This document shows, one piece after another, positions 46,364-54,686 of a DNA stretch of 64,000 bases; position 1 is the first letter of the stretch, and the number at the start of each line of letters is the position of its first letter. The translations under genes were made by a program, and so were the position numbers. Location of the stretch: IMG/VR virus record IMGVR_UViG_3300044796_000662, positions 298,938-362,937 of that record; one strand, written 5' to 3'. The notes beneath the pieces are model-generated. The model saw only the letters and a program-made list of their open reading frames with translations, was not told where the DNA came from and searched no databases.

Positions 46364-47163
46364 ATCTTAAACTGAATCGGAGTGCAGTCCGTCTATACCT
46401 GCAACTCACTATCGCCCTCGCTCTCCTGCCATCGACCGCGTGGGCGTACCCCTCGGCTGTCGTCTTTTCCCCCAACGGCGAGGCGCACGTGCTCGGCAGC
46501 GTGGGCCTGCTCGCGTACACGTCTACGAACTTCTCCCCCGGCCACGTCACGCCAGGGGCCTCGTGGTTCGGGATCGAGACCGGCCTCCTGCCGCGTTGGG
46601 CGTACGGAGATTCCGGCGTGTCCTTCGGAGGTCTTGAGGTCGGCTTCGACGTCATCACCCCGTACGCCCTCGACACGGTCAAGCCCGTGTTCAACGCGAA
46701 GCTCGGCCTCGTGACCGAGGGCACCTACTCGCCGAGCGTGGCCGTGGGCGTCATGGAGGTCTCCCCGGCCTTCCCCGCGATGAACTTCCTGTTCGTCTCG
46801 GCCACGAAGACCCTCGGTCCCGCCGGCAGGCTGACGCTCGGGTTCGGGGACAACACCGGCTCCAGCTCCGTCTTCTACGGCAGCTTCCCGTTCACGACCG
46901 GGGCGAAGCAGGCGGTCATGGCCGCGTACGAGTCACCGCTCCTGTTCGACCGCATCGGCTTCGTCGCCGACTACTTCGGCGGTGTAAGCGAGGTGAGTGA
47001 CCTCTACACAGGCGTGACGCTGTCCCTCTCCGCCAACACCACCGTTGCCCTCGGAGCCTTCTTCGACAACGACCGCACCGCCGCTACGGGCAAGTACGAC
47101 GGGATGTTCGCGTACCTCACGAAGAACTTCGACGCTACCAAGCTCTTCGACAAGCAGCCATGA
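46360..47163 (+). CDS. exported protein, possibly an outer-membrane beta-barrel
   Basis: Signal peptide (…ALLPSTAWA); alternating beta-strand pattern with aromatic residues. Confidence 0.65.
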   Translation: MNLKLNRSAVRLYLQLTIALALLPSTAWAYPSAVVFSPNGEAHVLGSVGLLAYTSTNFSPGHVTPGASWFGIETGLLPRWAYGDSGVSFGGLEVGFDVITPYALDTVKPVFNAKLGLVTEGTYSPSVAVGVMEVSPAFPAMNFLFVSATKTLGPAGRLTLGFGDNTGSSSVFYGSFPFTTGAKQAVMAAYESPLLFDRIGFVADYFGGVSEVSDLYTGVTLSLSANTTVALGAFFDNDRTAATGKYDGMFAYLTKNFDATKLFDKQP

Positions 47164-47543
47164 CCAAGGACTCCTCCGACGAATCCGACGCCCCCGTGAT
47201 CCAGGCGGGAGTCGTCTACGTCGGAGAGGAGGAGTTCATCGGGGCGATGCCCGTCCGGACCGATCTGCCCATCGAGCCCCAAGACCCGAAGGACAGCATC
47301 GGCGCCAAGGAGTGGGCGCAGTACGGCAACTGCATCGTATACGTCCCCAATGGCGGTCCGCTCAACGCAGACTGGACCTTGGCCGAGGGCGGTACGGTGC
47401 TCATTCGCTCGACCAAAGGCGGATGGTGCATGACCGAGATGCGCAAGGACTCGAAGAGCTGGTTCGTCATCTGCGACAACAAGAGGGTGCCCATCGTCTG
47501 GAACAACGAGCGCGCCTGCTGGGTATCCACCGTAGAGGTCTGA
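47160..47543 (+). CDS. hypothetical protein
   Basis: ATGA overlap; 127 aa. Confidence 0.6.
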   Translation: MTKDSSDESDAPVIQAGVVYVGEEEFIGAMPVRTDLPIEPQDPKDSIGAKEWAQYGNCIVYVPNGGPLNADWTLAEGGTVLIRSTKGGWCMTEMRKDSKSWFVICDNKRVPIVWNNERACWVSTVEV

Positions 47544-47544
47544 C

Positions 47545-48072
47545 ATGAACAAGATCGCCGTTTACGCAGGCTCGTTCGATCCCATCACAACCGGCCACGA
47601 GAACATCATTCACAGGGCGGTGCCGCTCTTCGACAAGTTCATCATCGCCATCGGTCGCAACGCTTCGAAGAAGGGCGTCCTCTTCGACATTCAAGAGAGG
47701 ATCGACCTGATCAAGCACGCGTGCGGCCCCCTCATTTCAGCGAGGGAGATCGAGGTCACGAGCTTCGACGGCCTGCTCGTGAACTTCTGCCGAGACCGGG
47801 GTGCCAACATCATCGTCCGCGGCCTTCGCGCCGCGATGGACTTCGAGTACGAGTTGACCATCGCCCTCGCGAACAAGACACAGGCCAGCGACATCGAGAC
47901 GGTCTTCCTGCCCGCCGAGCCGAACGTGAGCTTCGTCTCGTCGAGCATCATCAAGGAGATCGCCTCACACGGAGGGAACGTCCGTGCCTTCTGCTCCCCC
48001 TACGTCGAGCAGAAGCTCTGGGCCAAGTTCGGCTACGGGGGCAAGAGTGGGCAAGCCGAACCCACACGCTAA
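47545..48072 (+). CDS. coaD: phosphopantetheine adenylyltransferase
   Basis: YAGSFDPIT.GH, RGLRA..DFEYE, SFVSSS motifs. Confidence 0.95.
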   Translation: MNKIAVYAGSFDPITTGHENIIHRAVPLFDKFIIAIGRNASKKGVLFDIQERIDLIKHACGPLISAREIEVTSFDGLLVNFCRDRGANIIVRGLRAAMDFEYELTIALANKTQASDIETVFLPAEPNVSFVSSSIIKEIASHGGNVRAFCSPYVEQKLWAKFGYGGKSGQAEPTR

Positions 48073-48364
48073 CCGGGGCGTCCCTCGGAACAAGAAGCCC
48101 CTCCAGAACATCCTCTACAAATTCGAGGAGCGCGGCGGCAAGTTCTTCATGCTGTGGGCCTACGAGCGGCATCACAACACCACAGGAGGGGCCTGGAACT
48201 TCCACGGCTCCGTGACCGAGGAGGAGATCAAGGCTCGCCTCACGGTCAACCAGTGGTCCAAGTTCCGCCAGGGCGTACGGACCTTCGTCCATCAGCGCCG
48301 CATCGGCGGACGCAACGTCCCTATCCCTTCGAAGCAGAAGCCCGAGGGTGCTGCGAGCACGTGA
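48047..48364 (+). CDS. hypothetical protein
   Basis: GTG start estimated; strong codon bias in the 3' part. Confidence 0.6.
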   Translation: MGKPNPHANRGVPRNKKPLQNILYKFEERGGKFFMLWAYERHHNTTGGAWNFHGSVTEEEIKARLTVNQWSKFRQGVRTFVHQRRIGGRNVPIPSKQKPEGAAST

Positions 48365-48538
48365 AGTCGTGCCCCTGCGTTGCCCGGCACTCTGGGCAGG
48401 CGTTTGGGTCGCAACGGTCGCACAGATGAGCGTCACGCGCGAGCCCGCACGCGATGCCCATGTAGGGGCACGACCAGTCCTCGCGCCGGCACTTGGAGCA
48501 CGGAGCCCCGCACTCGGTATCGTGCTCGTAGGCGGTGT

Positions 48539-48775
48539 TCACGGCTGACCCGAGGTGTGCCCGAAGTCGCACGCGGGGCACTTGCTGCTTGGACCTCGTT
48601 CGGTCCATTCGTGCCCCTGCGAACAGGAGTACCTGGAGTTCTTATGGTTTGGGTTGTGCACGTGCTCTTTACCTTCCTCGTCCCAGTAGTGCTGCATGGC
48701 CGCCGCTGTCGTGTACGACACACCCGGGTAGACCATGCTCTTGAGACCCGCGTCCTGACATTGCTTGCAGATCAT
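48539..48775 (-). CDS. small Zn-binding protein
   Basis: CKQC…CSQGHEW…CPAC. Confidence 0.6.
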   Translation of the reverse strand: MICKQCQDAGLKSMVYPGVSYTTAAAMQHYWDEEGKEHVHNPNHKNSRYSCSQGHEWTERGPSSKCPACDFGHTSGQP

Positions 48776-48812
48776 GCTCTGGATCTACACCGCACTGGTG
48801 TTAGGCACCGGA

Positions 48813-49295
48813 ATGGGAGTCGAGATCGAACGCCGGTTCTTGGTCAATCGCGCCTTGTTGCACGTAGAGAGCGCCGACTACACGGAGATCGTGCAAGGGT
48901 ACCTCACGAAGGACCCGTGGGTTCGCGTGCGAATCAAGACGCACGGGAACGTGCGGGCCGCCGAGCTGACCATCAAAGGCAAGGGCACTCTTGTCCGGTC
49001 GGAGTTCAACTACAAGATCCCGGTAGATGAGGCGGAAGGGCTACTCTGCCTCGTACGGTTCGGCGTCATCCACAAGAAGCGGTATCAGGCGCACCGCTGG
49101 GAGATCGACGAGTTCCTGGACGGAGACTTCAACGGCCTCTGGCTTGCTGAGATCGAGCTACACCGTGAAGACGAGCCGCTTCCCTCGACTCCAGATTGGC
49201 TAGGCCAAGAGGTCACAGATGACCCGCGGTACTCGAACGCGTACATGGCCGAGCACGGACCGCCCGGTGTAGAGGTTGCCCATGGGACCGAATGA
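48813..49295 (+). CDS. CYTH domain protein
   Basis: EIERRFLV, QGYL, VRVR, LTIKG, EFNY.IP, AEIEL, EVTDDPRYSN motifs. Confidence 0.93.
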   Translation: MGVEIERRFLVNRALLHVESADYTEIVQGYLTKDPWVRVRIKTHGNVRAAELTIKGKGTLVRSEFNYKIPVDEAEGLLCLVRFGVIHKKRYQAHRWEIDEFLDGDFNGLWLAEIELHREDEPLPSTPDWLGQEVTDDPRYSNAYMAEHGPPGVEVAHGTE

Positions 49296-49896
49296 CCAAC
49301 TCGCGCTTGTCGATCTAGACTCGACCATCGCCGACTATGACGCGGCCATGAAGGCAGCCATGCGGACGTTGCAAGCGCCAGAAGAGAAGAGCTATGCGGG
49401 TCGCTTCGAAGAGGGGGTGGAGCCGCCGTACCTCGAAGCTCGGCGCAAGCTGATCCAGAATCAGCCTGGCTTCTGGCGCAACCTGCACTTGCTGCCCACG
49501 GGGTTCGAGGTCGTGGACGAACTGCGCACGGTGGGCTTCCGTCTGCACGTGCTCACGAAGGGGCCGACCTCGACGCCGAGCGCGTGGACCGAGAAGGCCG
49601 AGTGGTGCCACAAGAACCTGCCCGACGCGCTGGTGACGGTCTCGGGAGACAAGTCCCTCGTGTACGGCCGCGTGCTCGTGGACGACTACCCGCCGTACTT
49701 CACGAAGTGGCTCGCGGTGCGCCCGAGAGGTCTCGTGGTCTGTGTGGCGCAGCTCTGGAACGCCGGCTACGCCCGAGGCGGGGTTCTGGAGCACCCGAAT
49801 GTCTTCCGGTACGACGGCACGAACCGGGCGGAGCTGCGGGCCGTTCTCCAGCGGGCTTTCGACAGAAGCCCTGGCGCGCCCCTCAACGCAGGGTGA
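49282..49896 (+). CDS. HAD-superfamily 5'(3')-nucleotidase-like protein
   Basis: DLDSTIAD motif I; K..W; LVDD motif IV. Confidence 0.85.
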   Translation: MGPNDQLALVDLDSTIADYDAAMKAAMRTLQAPEEKSYAGRFEEGVEPPYLEARRKLIQNQPGFWRNLHLLPTGFEVVDELRTVGFRLHVLTKGPTSTPSAWTEKAEWCHKNLPDALVTVSGDKSLVYGRVLVDDYPPYFTKWLAVRPRGLVVCVAQLWNAGYARGGVLEHPNVFRYDGTNRAELRAVLQRAFDRSPGAPLNAG

Positions 49897-50389
49897 ACCG
49901 GCGACTGGCCTGGAGGACCGTCTTCTCTTGGGGGTTCGGGACCCTTGCGGGGATCTTGCAGATCACTTCCACGAAGTAGCGGTTGCAGAGTGCCGCCTCT
50001 CGCTTCGCCTGGACGTGGTCAACGCACATGGTGCCCGCCCATCCGGTCAGCATGTGGAGCGCAAGCGCGTTGACGAGGCCCGAGCGGTTCAAGCCGGCCA
50101 TACACGTGACGAGCACCTTCTTGCCCGCCAGGACCCTCTTGACGACCTGCTTCGCGGCCTTCACCGCGATGTCCAGCTCCTCGCGCGTAGGCGGGCGCAC
50201 CGGGTTGTCGTCGTTGGGGGCGTGGATGACGTCGATGCCCTCGAACTTCCAAGCAGGCGGTTGGCTCTCGTCGGCGCAGAGAACGACGGCTGAGAAACCC
50301 ATCTCACGGAGAATGGGTCCCTGAGGCGGAACCGAACCTTGGAACAGAAGCGGAAAGATCTCGTTCGCGTCGAGCGGGTACAGGATCAT
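49883..50389 (-). CDS. dual-specificity / tyrosine protein phosphatase
   Basis: TCMAGLNRS (CX5R); upstream PNDD acid loop. Confidence 0.9.
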   Translation of the reverse strand: MILYPLDANEIFPLLFQGSVPPQGPILREMGFSAVVLCADESQPPAWKFEGIDVIHAPNDDNPVRPPTREELDIAVKAAKQVVKRVLAGKKVLVTCMAGLNRSGLVNALALHMLTGWAGTMCVDHVQAKREAALCNRYFVEVICKIPARVPNPQEKTVLQASRRFTLR

Positions 50390-50592
50390 CTATCTGCTTC
50401 AACACCGAGAAGCGGCGGGATCTCGGCGAGAAGTGCGTGCAGGCGCTCCGTGGAGTGGTGATGCCCGTTGGCCTTCCCGTTGGTCCCCTTGTGGCTCAGG
50501 TGCTCGTGGAGCTTCCGGGCGATCTCCTCGGTCTCCCTGGACTCATCGACCAGGGCGTTGATGGACTCGCGTTCTTCAGGGGTGATCGCCAT
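50386..50592 (-). CDS. hypothetical protein
   Basis: 68 aa, coupled to neighbours. Confidence 0.55.
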   Translation of the reverse strand: MAITPEERESINALVDESRETEEIARKLHEHLSHKGTNGKANGHHHSTERLHALLAEIPPLLGVEADR

Positions 50593-50601
50593 GGCTAGGG
50601 C

Positions 50602-51267
50602 TCACTTCTTCTTGAGGGGTGGAGGTGTGAACGGCCTGATCGGCGTCTGCGGGCGCGGAACAGGTGCTTGTCGCGGAACGGGACGGATCTCTGGGTTCGT
50701 GTCGCCCGTCTTGGGCGGCTCCGGATCGATGTACCCAAGAGCCGCCAGCACCCCTCGCAGGAACGAGTTGGTGGACTTGAGGTTCTCTTGGATCTTGCGG
50801 ATCTCCAGAGCGCGGCGCTTGGAGTCCTCTTCGTACTCCTCGCGGCTGACGAACGCCTTGAACTCCGGGCTGCTCTTCTCGATCTCGTCGTGGAGCTTGT
50901 CCTCACGGCGGTCGAGGTCCTCCTCAACGCGCTTGAGACGCTGGAAGATGCGATCCTCGAACTCGTGGAGCATCTCGTTGCTCGTCGAGCTGCGGCTCGC
51001 GCGCTGCGCGATACGCATGAGCCAGTCCGGGGGCGAGTCTCGCCAAGACTCGATCTCGTTCCTGAGCGCCCTCAGGGACTTGGAGAGCTGGTCTACCGTG
51101 CCGTGGAGACCCGTGGGGGGCTCGGAGTCGTTGTCCCCCAAGCCCTTCTCAAGGTCGGCTATCCGCTTCTTGATGTCCTTGAAGACGGCAAGGAAGGTCG
51201 TTCCCGCCGACGCGCCACCCGTCAGCAGACCAGAAGCGACCCCCTGGAGAATCGTCGGCAGATCCAT
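50602..51267 (-). CDS. membrane-anchored coiled-coil protein
   Basis: N-terminal hydrophobic helix, coiled coil and Pro-rich tail. Confidence 0.7.
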   Translation of the reverse strand: MDLPTILQGVASGLLTGGASAGTTFLAVFKDIKKRIADLEKGLGDNDSEPPTGLHGTVDQLSKSLRALRNEIESWRDSPPDWLMRIAQRASRSSTSNEMLHEFEDRIFQRLKRVEEDLDRREDKLHDEIEKSSPEFKAFVSREEYEEDSKRRALEIRKIQENLKSTNSFLRGVLAALGYIDPEPPKTGDTNPEIRPVPRQAPVPRPQTPIRPFTPPPLKKK

Positions 51268-51320
51268 GCGTCCCTACCCCATCTGGGCCTAATAGATTCT
51301 TCTTTTGGGGGCGAGCAGGT

Positions 51321-51746
51321 ATGGACATCGTCTCACGTGTGTGGAGAAGGTACGCCATCAAGGTCTTGGCGCTCACGACCAACCCGAAGAAGGTTGAAGG
51401 GCAATTCAAGGTACTTGAGGACGCCCTTCACGCCCTGGCCGCAGGCGCCGCCTCGGGTGACGACCTCATGCAGGGGGAGATGTTCCAGCACTTCTCGCTG
51501 GCGATCGACGCCTACCGGGAGATCCTGTACTTCATCCGAAAGGTGGGCACGCAGACCGGGACGGAGTTGGAGGAGGGCCGATTCCACAACCTGGCGCTCA
51601 TGTCCAAGCACCCCTTCGCTGCGGACGAAGTCCTTCAACATGGGGGTCCGCATGTGTTCGTGCGTGCCCTCGGGGAAGCGCACGTGCTCCGTCAGATGTT
51701 CGACGCCGCCAAGGGCGCGATGGTGGGAACGAGCGCCACGATCTGA
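51321..51746 (+). CDS. hypothetical protein
   Basis: 141 aa; N-terminal IVSRVWRRYA motif. Confidence 0.65.
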   Translation: MDIVSRVWRRYAIKVLALTTNPKKVEGQFKVLEDALHALAAGAASGDDLMQGEMFQHFSLAIDAYREILYFIRKVGTQTGTELEEGRFHNLALMSKHPFAADEVLQHGGPHVFVRALGEAHVLRQMFDAAKGAMVGTSATI

Positions 51747-51747
51747 G

Positions 51748-51859
51748 AGCGGCTGGGACGAGTCGAACGTCCGACCACCCCGGTTAAGTACCGGGTGCTC
51801 TTCCATCGGCCCTACTCACCCGGCGCCGGGCTTTGGAAACCTCGCTGAGCTACAGCCGC
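51748..51859 (-). tRNA. orphan tRNA-like gene (CTT/Lys anticodon, A33) with a ~40-nt insertion in the D-loop
   Basis: GCGGCTG/CAGCCGC acceptor; D-stem GCTC/GAGC around 46 nt; CCCGG-TACTTAA-CCGGG; T-arm GGACG-TTCGACT-CGTCC. Confidence 0.7.
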
Positions 51860-51916
51860 CTTCCTCTGTACACCGGCTAGTCCTCTTGTTGGCGGTCCTC
51901 CCTCAAGGAGACTGCC

Positions 51917-52699
51917 ATGCAACCCAGGAAGATTCAGCGCTACGGCTGGAAGCCCGACCTCCCGGACCACCGGGACCACCTTTATGCCGCTCCGCCGGCC
52001 GTTCTCGTGTCCCTTCCCGAGTCCGTGGATCTGCGCCCGCACTGCCCCGCGGTCTACGACCAGGGACAGCTCGGCTCGTGCACCGCGAACGCGATCGGTG
52101 CGGCCTTCGAGTTCGACCAGATCAAGGAGAAGGTCGCGCACGTGTGGCGCCCGAGCCGTCTCTTCATCTACTACAACGAGCGCGTCATGGAGGGCGACGT
52201 CTCCCAAGACGCCGGCGCTCAGATCCGTGACGGCATCAAGAGCGTCGCGACGCAGGGCGCGTGCTCTGAGGATCTCTGGACCTACGACATCACGAAGTTC
52301 GCAGACCAGCCGCCGCAGAACTGCTACGCGAACGCTGCCAAGCACCTCGCGACGAGCTACCAGAGCGTCGCGCAGTCGCTCTCGCAGATCCAGGGCTGCC
52401 TCGCAAGCGGTTACCCGGTTGTCTTCGGCTTCACCGTCTACGACAGCTTCGAGAGCGCGCAGGTCGCCTCAACGGGCGTCCTGAACATGCCCGCATCGAG
52501 CGAGTCGGTCCTCGGCGGCCATGCAGTCCTCTGCGTGGGCTACGACAACGCTTCGCAGCGCTTCATCGTTCGCAACTCGTGGGGCGACGCTTGGGGCCAG
52601 AAGGGCTACTTCACGATGCCGTACACGTACCTGCTCGACTCGAACCTCGCGAGCGACCTCTGGACGATTCGGTTCGTACAGAGCACTCCGACCTCCTGA
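51917..52699 (+). CDS. papain-like cysteine peptidase (C1A family)
   Basis: QGQLGSCTANA, GGHAV and NSWG..WG..GY motifs. Confidence 0.93.
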   Translation: MQPRKIQRYGWKPDLPDHRDHLYAAPPAVLVSLPESVDLRPHCPAVYDQGQLGSCTANAIGAAFEFDQIKEKVAHVWRPSRLFIYYNERVMEGDVSQDAGAQIRDGIKSVATQGACSEDLWTYDITKFADQPPQNCYANAAKHLATSYQSVAQSLSQIQGCLASGYPVVFGFTVYDSFESAQVASTGVLNMPASSESVLGGHAVLCVGYDNASQRFIVRNSWGDAWGQKGYFTMPYTYLLDSNLASDLWTIRFVQSTPTS

Positions 52700-52794
52700 C
52701 CGCGCGCAGAAGAATTCATTTGACAGCCTGGACGGGTTAGAGCAACCTCCCGTCCCACGAGCCCCAGGTCATCCCCCCCTGACCCTGGGTTCCA

Positions 52795-52825
52795 GAAGGC
52801 CGCCGAAAGGCGGCCTTCATTTTTT
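52795..52825 (+). terminator. intrinsic terminator
   Basis: GAAGGCCGCC-GAAA-GGCGGCCTTC followed by ATTTTTT. Confidence 0.85.
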
Positions 52826-53234
52826 AAGCCGTCTTCAACTCACCGCCGCCGACGAGGTGGACATGCGGGACGTGCATCTCCAGATCGGCGAGTAGACCTG
52901 CTCCGTCCTCGCCGAGAGGCACGCCCCGGTCTTCAAGGGTGGTGAGGATGCGGTAGGCGCGACCGAGCATATCCCACTCGCTTGGCTTGCGCGTCGCGTG
53001 CAGACGCAGCCAGTCCTTCAAGAACCGCGTCTCTTCGTAGCGTTGGGCGAGGGTGTGCTTGAGTTTCTGACGGAAGTCGTTGCGCTCGCGTCGATCGGTG
53101 ATGATGCGTCCGTCTTCGGCGGTCGGGGACTCGTCCTTGAGCAAAGCCTGCACGCGAACGACGTCGTCAGCGATCAGTCGTTTGCGCTGGAGCGCCTCTT
53201 CAACGCTCCGTGGCTGTGGAAAAGTCGTCATCAT
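52824..53234 (-). CDS. hypothetical protein
   Basis: 136 aa; GGTGTA motif 10 nt upstream. Confidence 0.65.
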   Translation of the reverse strand: MMTTFPQPRSVEEALQRKRLIADDVVRVQALLKDESPTAEDGRIITDRRERNDFRQKLKHTLAQRYEETRFLKDWLRLHATRKPSEWDMLGRAYRILTTLEDRGVPLGEDGAGLLADLEMHVPHVHLVGGGELKTA

Positions 53235-53289
53235 GTCCCTCTCTTACACCACGCGTCAGACGTTCTGTCTGCGCGCAGTGCAAGAGAGG

Positions 53290-53751
53290 TCACGGCTTCC
53301 GCGTCACCTGCGAGAGCTTGTGGATCACGTCTAGGCGAGTCTGGAACTGACCCCTGACGTACGCGAGAGATGACGGCCCGAAGCTCGGGTCGCCCTTCTC
53401 GACGAGCCTCAGGATGGTCATGTGCTTCTCGACCTCCTGAGCGAGGCGCTCCAGCTCCAGCACATAGTTCGTGAAGCGGTTGCGCAGACCGTCGAAGTCG
53501 GCGATCTGGTACATCTTGGACTCGGGCTCCACCTCCACGATGGGGACCGGAGGAGTGCCCTGCGCCGCAAGAGGAGTGCGCGCACCGCCCTCGTCCACGA
53601 GGGCGGTGGGAACAGCATCATCCGGAGACAGACAGGCGCCCTTGGGCGCCGTGTTGACGCCCACGAAGTGGGTCAGGGGCTCCGCGGTCCCGTCCGCGTC
53701 CAGACGGGCGCGTGCGGGCTTCTTGGGGCGGTTGCGCAGGTTGCTGGCCAT
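53290..53751 (-). CDS. hypothetical protein
   Basis: 153 aa. Confidence 0.6.
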   Translation of the reverse strand: MASNLRNRPKKPARARLDADGTAEPLTHFVGVNTAPKGACLSPDDAVPTALVDEGGARTPLAAQGTPPVPIVEVEPESKMYQIADFDGLRNRFTNYVLELERLAQEVEKHMTILRLVEKGDPSFGPSSLAYVRGQFQTRLDVIHKLSQVTRKP

Positions 53752-53752
53752 G

Positions 53753-54037
53753 TCAGTGCTCCGTCACGTTGTTTGGATCTTCGGCCCACGCCTCATCGGC
53801 AGACTTCGACTGGCGCAGCAACTCCCCCTCATCTTCGCGAGGGAAGAGTTCATGTAGGGTCGCGCCGATGACCGTGATCTTGCCAACGCCGTCACCGCTG
53901 ACGGCGTAGCCGGTACCGATCTCAGGATGCGCACCGACCCAATGCTGAGCGAAGCGCTGCGCCCCCTTGAGGGTCTTGTACGTCTTCGTTTGCGTGAAGC
54001 GGTCGATCGACTGGTACGACACTCGGATGGTGGCCAT
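53753..54037 (-). CDS. hypothetical early protein
   Basis: MATIRVSYQSIDRF…YAVSGDGVGKI; GGAG RBS. Confidence 0.65.
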   Translation of the reverse strand: MATIRVSYQSIDRFTQTKTYKTLKGAQRFAQHWVGAHPEIGTGYAVSGDGVGKITVIGATLHELFPREDEGELLRQSKSADEAWAEDPNNVTEH

Positions 54038-54039
54038 GT

Positions 54040-54285
54040 TCAGCTCCGCACCTTGAGGGTTCCGGTCAGGTTGAGGCTCTTGAGCACCTTCGCCACGTCG
54101 GCGACGGCTTCCTTGGCGGTGTCGCCTTCTCCGGTGATGTGGTCGAAGCCGCCCGAGCCCGTGAAGGCGCGGAGGCCGCACTTCGCGTACGACTCCTCGG
54201 CCAGCTCCGCATGAAAGTGCGGGCGGTCGTCGTCGCTGCGATCGGTCACGTCCACGAACAGGGTGCCAACGGTGCGGGTGCTCAT
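54040..54285 (-). CDS. hypothetical early protein
   Basis: Leaderless ATG 6 nt after the promoter. Confidence 0.7.
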   Translation of the reverse strand: MSTRTVGTLFVDVTDRSDDDRPHFHAELAEESYAKCGLRAFTGSGGFDHITGEGDTAKEAVADVAKVLKSLNLTGTLKVRS

Positions 54286-54291
54286 ACCCCT

Positions 54292-54320
54292 ACTACAACC
54301 CGAGACCGGCCAGAATCAAC
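54292..54320 (-). promoter_or_regulatory. conserved phage promoter, copy 4
   Basis: GTTGATTC-N11-GGGTTGTAGT; ATG 6 nt downstream. Confidence 0.8.
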
Positions 54321-54350
54321 CTGTCCCGGGGGTTCCTGTAAGTGCTCGGA

Positions 54351-54686
54351 TTACCGCCTGATCTTGCCGTGGATGACCAGGTGGTAGATCAACTCTTCCA
54401 CGGCCTGCTTGCGCGAGCCATACCGGAGACGAGCCGAGTTGAGCCCTGGGGCCTCGTAGCGCCAGCGCGGGCTGCGCATCTCGCGCTCTCCGTACCGGAG
54501 CCGCCCCGCCTTGCGGAACGTCACCTCGGTCGTGCGCTCGACCGTTCCGATGACCCTTCCCCGAAGCTGGACGCGGTAGCTCTTGAACTCGGGGTGCGCG
54601 GTGTTCCAGTGCGGTTGCTCTTCGAGCGTGGCGAGGTCCACGAGCTTGGCCACCAGCTCACGCTGCCGAAGTTCGCGATCGGTCAC
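54351..54686 (-). CDS. hypothetical protein
   Basis: 111 aa; overlaps the helicase stop. Confidence 0.6.
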   Translation of the reverse strand: MTDRELRQRELVAKLVDLATLEEQPHWNTAHPEFKSYRVQLRGRVIGTVERTTEVTFRKAGRLRYGEREMRSPRWRYEAPGLNSARLRYGSRKQAVEELIYHLVIHGKIRR

